Shown piece by piece: positions 1 to 5,476 of a stretch of 5,476 nt of DNA. Every line of letters begins with the position of its first letter. The stretch's first letter is position 1. The notes under the pieces were generated by a model. The model was given only the letters and a program-made list of their open reading frames with translations. It was not told the DNA's origin and searched no databases. A program made the position numbers and the translations under genes. The stretch spans positions 1 through 5,476 of the forward strand of contig NW_021830033.1 of the NCBI RefSeq assembly GCF_006345805.1, in the 5' to 3' direction. This stretch comes from Octopus sinensis. Lineage: Eukaryota.

Positions 1-136
1 AAGTAAATAGACACCTTTAATTTTCAAAAATTTCTGAAAGCGCCTTAATGTTTTCAGCGGTGTGTGTAGAATTTACAATGTAATTATTCTTTTTCATTCC
101 AGGTCTCATTATATTAAACATTTGCGAAGAATAACC

Positions 137-517
137 ATGCCATGCACAAAAAATTCAGCAGAACTGTCAGATTTTCAAAGAGGTCATATTGTTGGGTAAT
201 CTGAGGCTGGACGTAGCTAGCAAAAAATTGATGAAAATCTTCAAATTCTTGTTGCTACTGTTAATAGAATTATAATGCAATTTAAAAACCAAAGAAAAGA
301 ATCAACAGATTCTCATCCTGGCTCACCTAGGCCCTTGGAAAGGAAGCTTTGCTGTTTGAAGAGAATTGTGGAAAGCGAACCGCATTTGAAGGCTTCTGAT
401 ATTGCAAAACAGCTAGAAGTTAGTCCAAGAACGTGTGTTACATATTTGCATAAGATTGGGTATTATGGACAAGCAGCTAGAAGAAAACCTCTCCTGCAAC
501 CAATTAATATCAAGTAA
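137..517 (+). pseudogene. Tc1-like transposase N-terminal DNA-binding region (paired-like HTH), with no DDE domain
   Basis: From ATG 137, in frame with ORF 275-517: MPCTKNSAELSDFQRGHIVG*SEAGRS*QKIDENLQILVATVNRII-MQFKNQ...HPGSPRP...LKASDIAKQLEVSPRTCVTYLHKIGYYGQAARRKPLL. The ELS..RG.IVG, HTH and ARRKPLL segments are typical of Tc1. In-frame stops at 197-199 and 218-220. Confidence 0.85.
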
Positions 518-520
518 AAG

Positions 521-565
521 ATTTGGAAAATTAAACGTGTCTATTTACTTCCTGCATGTCTGGTG
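521..565 (-). repeat. Right terminal inverted repeat of the Tc1 element (partner at 1-30)
   Basis: 521-550 atttggaaaattaaacgtgtctatttactt versus reverse complement of 1-30 tttttgaaaattaaaggtgtctatttactt. The extension to 565 is inferred. Confidence 0.8.
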
Positions 566-575
566 TGTGTGTGTG

Positions 576-626
<51 letters not shown>
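563..626. repeat. Compound (GT)n-(TA)n microsatellite
   Basis: GT repeats followed by an uninterrupted TA run of about 22 units (582-625). Confidence 0.97.
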
Positions 627-627
<1 letters not shown>

Positions 628-630
<3 letters not shown>

Positions 631-1127
631 TCAATATGGGTGGCAAAAAAAATTTTGTAGAATTTTTTGCCACCAGCGGCCTAGTGGGAAAAAATTAAAT
701 AGTCATAGACCATTTTAAGTTCAACATCAACAATCAGGAACGGCCATAATAGGCCATTCACCACTAGAAATAACAGCCAAAGCTTCAACCGCAAATAAAA
801 GTCAATTCCGTAAACAGGAGAAAATTTAAAAAACATTTACCCTGTAATTTCTTTTCACCTGTAATTTCTTATACGATGCACCGTTTCATCTGCTGTTTAA
901 TGGTAAACTAACCTGATTAAATTAAATCAAGCCAATCTTCCATAGGCCCTCAGATTCTTCAGTAAGAAATAGCCACAAGTCGAACAGATATTTTCACGAG
1001 GCATTTCCGACCCTGCCAAGGTAATATCTGACCTAAAATTTTCAAATCATCGCACTCGCGCCAAATTTATCGGCAGAATAAATATAAGCCGTCGATTCCA
1101 TTACGGAATTAACCAGAAAATTCATAA
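628..1127. repeat. Unclassified 500-bp unit, copy 1
   Basis: taatcaatat at 628 recurs at 1128, and the two copies are colinear through gtaatatctgac (1032 and 1521). Confidence 0.95.
639..674. other. 12-bp stem hairpin near the start of the 500-bp unit (repeated at 1140-1175)
   Basis: ggtggcaaaaaa (639-650) pairs with ttttttgccacc (663-674). Confidence 0.8.
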
Positions 1128-1521
1128 TAATCAATATAGGGTGGCAAAAAAAATTTTGTAGAATTTTTTGCCACCAGCGGCCTAGTGGGAAAAAATTAAA
1201 TAGTCATAGACATTTTTAAGTTCAACATCAACAATCAAGGAACGCCATAATAGGCCATTCACCCACTAGAAATAACAGCCAAAGCTTCAACCGCAAATAA
1301 AAGTCAATTCTGTAAACAGGAGAAAATTTTTAAAAAACATTTACCCTGTAATTTCTTATACGATGCCACCGTTTCATCTGCTGTTTAATGGTAAACTAAC
1401 CTGATTAAATTAAATCAAGCCAATCTTCCATAGGCCCTCAGATTCTTCAGTAAGAAATAGCCACAAGTCGGAACAGATATTTTCACGAGGCATTTCCGAC
1501 CCTGCCAAGGTAATATCTGAC
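1128..1521. repeat. Unclassified 500-bp unit, copy 2 (truncated)
   Basis: Near-identical to 628-1032. Differences are mostly 1-bp indels, plus a C/T change at a CpG and a 17-bp indel (copy 1, 854-870). Confidence 0.95.
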
Positions 1522-1598
1522 TTTTATTTGCGGTTGAAGCTTTGGCTGTTATTTCTAGTGGGTGAATGGCCTATTATGGCCGTTCCTTGATTGTTGAT
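1518..1598 (-). repeat. 81-bp inverted copy of the interior of the duplicated unit
   Basis: Reverse complement matches 726-804 and 1227-1306. Confidence 0.95.
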
Positions 1599-1715
1599 AT
1601 ATATATATATATAATACATACATATATATACATACATACATATATAATCATATATATACATACATATATATATATATATTATATATATATATATATTATA
1701 TATATTTATATATAC
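1597..1715. repeat. Imperfect (TA)n/(TACA)n microsatellite
   Basis: Read directly from the sequence. Confidence 0.97.
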
Positions 1716-1788
1716 ACTGAAGTAAGCACATAAATGTGAAACAAGGTGGAAAAAAGAGTACTCAAATACCAGAGGTAGAGTAAGTATA

Positions 1789-1906
1789 TTTATTTAAAAG
1801 CAGCAGAAATATACAAAAGCTGTTACTCAGAGTTCCACATTCCCGTTCGACGAATGTGAAACTCTGAGTAACAACTTTTGTTATATTTCTGCTGCTTTTA
1901 AATAAA
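1789..1906. repeat. Long near-perfect inverted repeat with a 9-nt loop
   Basis: Left arm tttatttaaaagcagcagaaatata-caaaagctgttactcagagttccacattc versus reverse complement of right arm tttatttaaaagcagcagaaatataacaaaagttgttactcagagtttcacattc: 2 substitutions and 1 indel. Loop is ccgttcgac. Confidence 0.95.
1847..1875 (+). ncRNA. Degenerate minimal type I hammerhead-ribozyme-like motif, probably inactive; a second degenerate copy lies on the minus strand at 1819-1853
   Basis: TCGACGA-ATGT-GAAAC-TCTGA-GTA-ACAAC follows the hammerhead order (CUGANGA, stem II, GAAA, stem III, NUH). Deviations are UC at positions 3-4, a collapsed stem II and a missing stem I. Confidence 0.45.
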
Positions 1907-1907
1907 G

Positions 1908-1950
1908 TATATATATATATATACATATATATATACGTATATATATACAT
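1908..1950. repeat. Imperfect (TA)n microsatellite
   Basis: Read directly from the sequence. Confidence 0.95.
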
Positions 1951-1952
1951 AC

Positions 1953-2042
1953 CTTCGAACTTTAGGCCTCACTGAGGAAATGACCAGAGACCGAGACCTT
2001 TGGAAATATTCTGTACGTGAGAAGACCAGGCAGGACAAGTGA
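1953..2042 (+). pseudogene. Last 29 codons of an RTE-like reverse transcriptase ORF
   Basis: LRTLGLTEEMTRDRDLWKYSVREKTRQDK*, stop at 2040-2042. Resembles the LGL..EM..DR..W C-terminus of RTE ORFs. Confidence 0.7.
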
Positions 2043-2126
2043 GCCCAGCCCACTTATGAATGCCTTTCCTCCCTTGGACACAAAGACCGGTTGAGGCAAG
2101 CGAAGTCGATATAGAACCTCATCCGA

Positions 2127-2579
2127 CGACAGGACACCCATGCCAACCCCCCATGCTTGCGAAGACATGTTGGGGCAAGCGAAATCGAAATCGAAACCGA
2201 ATTGAACCAGCCAGGATCCTGGCCTGGTGGTGGTATGTAAAAAGCACTATCCGACTCGTGGCTGTGGCACGTAAAATACTCCAATGTGACCGTACGACAG
2301 GCACCCATGCCAACCCCCTTTGCTTGTGAAGACATGTTGGGGTAAGCGAAATCGAAATCGAATTGAACCAGCCAGGATCCCTGGTCTGGTGGTACGTAAA
2401 AAGCACTATCCGACTCGTGGCCGTGGCACGTAAAATACTCCAATGCGACCGTACGACAGGCACCCATGCCAACCCCCTGTGCTTTGAAGACATGTTGGGG
2501 CAAGCGAATCGAAATCGAATTGAACAGCCAGGATCCCTGGTCTGGTGGTACGTAAAAAGCACTATCCGACTCGTGGCCG
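2127..2579 (+). repeat. Tandem triplication of about 160 bp inside the LINE 3' UTR
   Basis: cgacagg(a)cacccatgccaacccc starts at 2127, 2295 and 2454 (periods 168 and 159). The third copy continues into the rest of the UTR at about 2580. Confidence 0.95.
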
Positions 2580-2847
2580 ATGCCAGCACCGCCTTGATTG
2601 GCTTCCGTGCCGGTGGCACATAAATACACCAATCTGACCGTGGCCGTTGCCAGCCCCCGCCTGTCACCTGTGCAGGTGGCACGTAAAAAGCACCCACTAC
2701 ACTCACGGAGTGGTTGGCGTTAGGAAGGGCATCCAGCTGTAGAAACATTGCCAGATTAGACTGGAGCCTGGTGCAGCCTTCTGGCTTCCCAGAACCCCGG
2801 TCGAACCGTCCAACCCATGCTAGCATGGAGAACGGACGTTAAACGAC

Positions 2848-2866
2848 GATGATGATGATGATGATG
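2848..2866 (+). repeat. (GAT)6 tail of the LINE
   Basis: Read directly from the sequence. Confidence 0.95.
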
Positions 2867-2867
2867 T

Positions 2868-3172
2868 AGGTGCAGGCATGATTATGTGGTGTCTTCTACT
2901 ATAGCCTTGAGTCAACCAAAGTCTTGTGAGTGGATTTGGTGGATGGAAACTGAAAGAAGCTTGTCATATATATATGTGTTTGTGTATGTGTATATGTATG
3001 TTTGTATGTCTGTGTTTGTCCTCCACCTTCGTCTGATAGCCAGTGTTGGTTTGTTTACATCCCCGTAACTTGGCAGTTCAGCAAACAGAGCTCAACAGAA
3101 TAAGTACCAGGCTTAAAAGAAAATTTAGTACCGGAGTCGATTCATTTGACTAAAATTCACAGCAAGTAAAAG
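2868..3172 (+). mobile_element. tRNA-derived SINE (Octopus-like family) with most of its tRNA head deleted
   Basis: Colinear with the reverse complement of 3538-3955 (gtgtcttctactatagcc...ggaaactgaaagaagc, GT/TA microsatellite, tgtttgtcc...ccccgtaactt...aataagtacc...gtcgatt, aagtaaaag). About 70 nt including the B box is missing near 2890. Confidence 0.85.
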
Positions 3173-3537
3173 TTAAAAAATAAATATTCTGTGTATCTTC
3201 TTTGTTACTCTGCAATTTAAACTTGAAGCTTCTAATCCTGTTATGGTTAATCTTGAAATGATTATCTCATTATAATTGCTGCCAGAGCATACCACACATT
3301 CTGACATCAAAGAAGATTTGTTTGTAATACCTACGGGCTACGAGGAAGTATAAAGACTTAGAAAGTGAGAGCCACATGTGTCTTCCGAATTGGAGACTAA
3401 CAAAAATTCTTCAAACACCTTCAGAGCCATCTGTGGCTCTCAGGCTCTCATTATGGCTCTGTGATTCCACTAACGATATAATGTAACGAATAGAAAGAAA
3501 TCCTTGCTTTAATCAGAACTTTAAACCTTTTAATACT

Positions 3538-3955
3538 ATTTACTCTTTTACTGGTTTCAGTCATTTGACTGTGGCCATGCTGGAGCACTGCCATTAGTTG
3601 AGCAAATCGGGCCCAGGATTTATTCTTTGTAAGCCTAGTTACTAATTCCATCGGTCTCTTTTGCTGAACCGCTAAGTTACAGGGACATAAACACACCAGC
3701 ATCGGTTGTCAAGCGATGTTGGGGGGACAAACACAGACACACAAACATATACACACACACACACACAAATATATATATATACACATATATACGATGGGCT
3801 TCTTTCAGTTTCCGTCTACCAAATCCACTCATAAGGCTTTGGTCGGCCCGAGGCTATAGCAGAAGACACTTGCCCAAGTTGCCACACAGTGGGACTGAAC
3901 CCAGAACCATGTGGTTGGTAAGCAAGCTACTTACCACACAGCCGCTCCTATGCCT
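3538..3955 (-). mobile_element. Full-length tRNA-derived SINE (Octopus-like family)
   Basis: Minus strand starts aggcataggagcggctgtgtggtaag (A-box-like, 3930-3943) with B box gggttcagtccc (3891-3902). It has a central CA/TA microsatellite and a 3' body ending in A-rich sequence. Confidence 0.9.
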
Positions 3956-4013
3956 ATAGAATGATATGATCATTCTTGTGACAGATCTTCATTTTATGAT
4001 ACAAACCATACAT

Positions 4014-4318
4014 TTTAAAGTCATCTAAATTAGAAATTTGCATCAGAATTATATATTCGTTTATGTTTCAAACAGCAGCTAAATAATGGTTATTTCAGTA
4101 AATTCTTCATTAATTTCTAAATTAATTGAAACAAACTCAGTGTATTTTAACGGAATATGTTAACAAAGGGTTTAAAGTGATCTAAATTAAAACCTTCCAA
4201 ATTAAATTTCATCTTAATTTATGGTTTAAACTTCAGCTTAATAACAACAAAATTATTTCAACTAAATTCTTCATAATTTCCAAATTAATTGAAACAAAAA
4301 TAGGGTATTTTAAAGAAT
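4014..4318. repeat. Two diverged AT-rich tandem copies, period about 157 bp; possibly MITE ends
   Basis: tttaaagt(c/g)atctaaatta at 4014 and 4171. aaattcttcat..aatttc.aaattaattgaaacaaa at 4100-4135 and 4264-4298. Copy 1 ends aaagggtttaa, loosely like a GGG-TTAA terminus. Confidence 0.7.
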
Positions 4319-4680
4319 TGGATTCTTCACAACAATATACCTTGTCACTGAACTCTCTTCATTCATGAGTTTCTCGCCAAAAACAACATGGTATCACTTC
4401 TGCAGTCACCCTTTTCACCCTTTTCATCTGCAGACTTCCATCTCTTCCCTAAAATGAACATACAGCTTAAAACTGGATCTCAGAGTGAATCATAGAAGGC
4501 CCTTAACTTGCTTACAGAAAACGACTTCCAGGCCAAATTCCAAAAGTGGCAGGAATCCTGGGACTGGTGTATTGCTGTGCAAGGTGACTATTTTCAAAGG
4601 AGATGATGTTGAAACACAGGTAAATAAGGTATTTTTTTTATTAAACATGACAAATCCAGGAAGCTTTTGATAACACCTCA
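4319..4680 (+). pseudogene. Mariner (DD34D-type) transposase C-terminal remnant with probable right terminus
   Basis: One frame from 4319: WILHNNIPCH*TLFIHEFLAKNNMVSLLQSPFSPFSSADFHLFPKMNIQLK..QSES*KALNLLTENDFQAKFQKWQESWDWCIAVQGDYF. This matches the mariner WxLHHDNA, PYSPDLAPxDF and RWxxCIxxxGDYFEGD motifs. Frameshift near 4595. cttttgataacacctc (4664-4679) resembles a mariner end. Confidence 0.88.
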
Positions 4681-4811
4681 CATTCTGAGTTCAAATTTCA
4701 CAGAAGTTGACTTTGCCTTTCATCCCTTCAAGGTCAATAAAATAAAGTACCAGTCAAATACTGGGGTCGATGTAATCAACTTGTTCCCTCCCTTCAAAGA
4801 TGCTGGCCTTG
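4681..4811 (+). mobile_element. 5'-truncated tRNA-derived SINE of a second family
   Basis: B-box-like gagttcaaattt at 4687-4698. The aagtaccag...tactggggtcgat segment (4746-4772) resembles the tail of the other SINEs at about 3100-3142. Confidence 0.65.
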
Positions 4812-4814
4812 AAA

Positions 4815-4935
4815 ATATATATCTATATATATATATATCACTTGTTTTATTTCTATTCCTGAGCGCCATACTAATACATTATTTGTTTGTACTCCACCTA
4901 CCTTCGTCTTTTGTATATTTTTGAAAACCTTCCGT

Positions 4936-4966
<31 letters not shown>
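4815..4966. repeat. TA microsatellites flanking a pyrimidine-rich insert of about 97 bp (4839-4935), unclassified repeat remnant
   Basis: TA tracts at about 4815-4838 and 4936-4966. Architecture resembles 1716-1907. Confidence 0.55.
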
Positions 4967-4968
4967 AA

Positions 4969-5060
4969 CAGGCTTCTTTCAGTTTCCGTCTTCAAAACCC
5001 ACTCACAAGGCTTTGGTTGTCAGGGAAGCAAGCGCCTTACCACACAGTCACGCCTGCACC
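4969..5060 (-). mobile_element. SINE 5' half with the B-box region deleted
   Basis: ggcttctttcagtttccgtc...cacaaggctttgg joined directly to aagcaagc..cttaccacacag..cctgcacc. Compare 3797-3955. Confidence 0.85.
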
Positions 5061-5082
5061 ATTGTTTGTGTGTGTGTCTGAA

Positions 5083-5244
5083 ATGGATTTTTTTCAATTT
5101 CTGTTGAGAAAATTCAGTCACAAGGCTTTCATCAGCCCAGGGCTATAGAAGAAGACACTTGCCCAAGGTGCCATGCAGTGGGACTGAACCTAGAACAACA
5201 TGATTAGAAAGCAAACTTCTTACCACACAGCCACCCCTGCACCT
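5083..5244 (-). mobile_element. Older SINE 5' half with tRNA-derived head
   Basis: cacaaggcttt..ggctatagaagaagacacttgcccaaggtgcc..gggactgaacc (B box, 5180-5190)..cttaccacacagccacccctgcacct, homologous to 3797-3955. Confidence 0.85.
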
Positions 5245-5476
5245 GTAATGTTGTAACCTTCATGATTTATTTACCAGAGAAACCAAAACCAGGTAAATAT
5301 GACGTAGGAGAGAACACAAGAGACGTGCTTCTCTACAAGAGTATCTTTAGATGAAATTCTTAAATTGGTTAAATAATTAAGCTATTAAATTTAGTCAACG
5401 AATTAAGCCATAAAGATTTTTTGAAATTTAATATTCCTGAAACTACTCCCTGTGAGTTTCTCAATGTTTTTCACCA

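Larger units (their letters stand above)
1..565 (+). mobile_element. Internally deleted Tc1-family DNA transposon; left end lies just outside the window
   Basis: Reverse complement of 1-30 matches 521-550 at 27/30 positions (inverted termini). These enclose a Tc1-like transposase N-terminus. The right end is inferred at CTGGTG (560-565), where it runs into a (GT)n/(TA)n tract. Confidence 0.85.
1716..1907. mobile_element. Putative Penelope-like element terminal remnant (inverted pseudo-LTR-like palindrome) in (TA)n
   Basis: Flanked by TA tracts on both sides. Contains 54/55-bp inverted arms (1789-1842 and 1852-1906), each with a hammerhead-like core. No RT or GIY-YIG coding sequence is present, so the family call is inferred. 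Confidence 0.5.
1952..2866 (+). mobile_element. 5'-truncated RTE-clade LINE 3' end: ORF tail, long 3' UTR and (GAT)n tail
   Basis: ORF tail carries the RTE-type DRxxW motif. A GC-rich UTR follows and ends in ggacgttaaac-gac-(GAT)6. Short tandem-repeat tails are characteristic of RTE LINEs. No target-site duplication found. Confidence 0.75.

Noticed and set aside
435-626. ORFs ending or starting in YI/CV repeats (435-626, 1762-1950, 2886-3068, 4667-4924, 4887-5081)
   Set aside because: These are translations of microsatellites and SINEs.
930-970. CTGAAGA on the minus strand followed by an ATCT/AGAT stem, as a hammerhead
   Set aside because: No GAAA follows the stem and there is no stem III or cleavage triplet.
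2143-2180. H-type pseudoknot CCAAC/GTTGG with GCTTGC/GCAAGC
   Set aside because: The 1-nt third loop is sterically implausible, and the second stem is weakened in copies B and C without compensation.
2127-2694. CRISPR-like array or guide-RNA array
   Set aside because: The sequences between the recurring motifs are themselves repeated, so there are no unique spacers. The context is eukaryotic with no associated nuclease or RT gene.
2054-2826. Long ORFs 2119-2826 (-), 2054-2632 (-), 2060-2329 (+) and 2363-2623 (+), including repeated CHxHESDSAFY peptides
   Set aside because: They lie wholly in the GC-rich triplicated LINE 3' UTR. Overlapping open frames on both strands and frame switches at 1-bp indels indicate chance ORFs. 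The Cys/His spacing fits no zinc-finger family I know.
3451-3702. 83-aa minus-strand ORF
   Set aside because: Mostly the 3' body of a SINE, with no recognisable domain.
3860-3955. tRNA gene
   Set aside because: A- and B-box-like motifs are present but continue into a SINE body repeated several times in the window, so this is a SINE head. No convincing cloverleaf.
4485-4681. ORFs 4485-4670 (+) and 4490-4681 (-)
   Set aside because: These are alternative frames of the mariner remnant. Only the KGDDVET part after the frameshift near 4595 corresponds to transposase.
2868-5060. B-box deletions in two SINE heads (about 2890 and about 5020) as targeted inactivation
   Set aside because: The breakpoints differ and two cases are too few. 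Ordinary decay explains them.
5303-5336. Imperfect hairpin gtaggagagaacac...gtgcttctctac
   Set aside because: It has several bulges and no supporting terminal motif, so it is compatible with chance.

Overview
AT-rich eukaryotic non-coding DNA, made almost entirely of decayed transposable elements and microsatellites. No intact host gene and no prokaryotic features are visible. From memory, the SINE families resemble abundant Octopus (coleoid cephalopod) repeats; this taxon call is inference and was not checked against a database. In order, the window holds: an internally deleted Tc1 element (1-565); a 500-bp direct duplication ending in an inverted copy, embedded in (TA)n (628-1598); a (TA)n-flanked long hairpin whose two arms each carry a degenerate minimal hammerhead-ribozyme-like motif, Penelope-like (1716-1907); a 5'-truncated RTE-clade LINE end with a triplicated 3' UTR segment and a (GAT)n tail (1952-2866); several tRNA-derived SINEs, including a tail-to-tail inverted pair; and a mariner transposase C-terminal remnant (4319-4680). 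None of the supplied ORFs looks like a real host gene. The best leads are the hammerhead-like palindrome and the duplication/inversion in (TA)n. Many differences between repeat copies are 1-bp indels, so sequencing or assembly artefact must be excluded.
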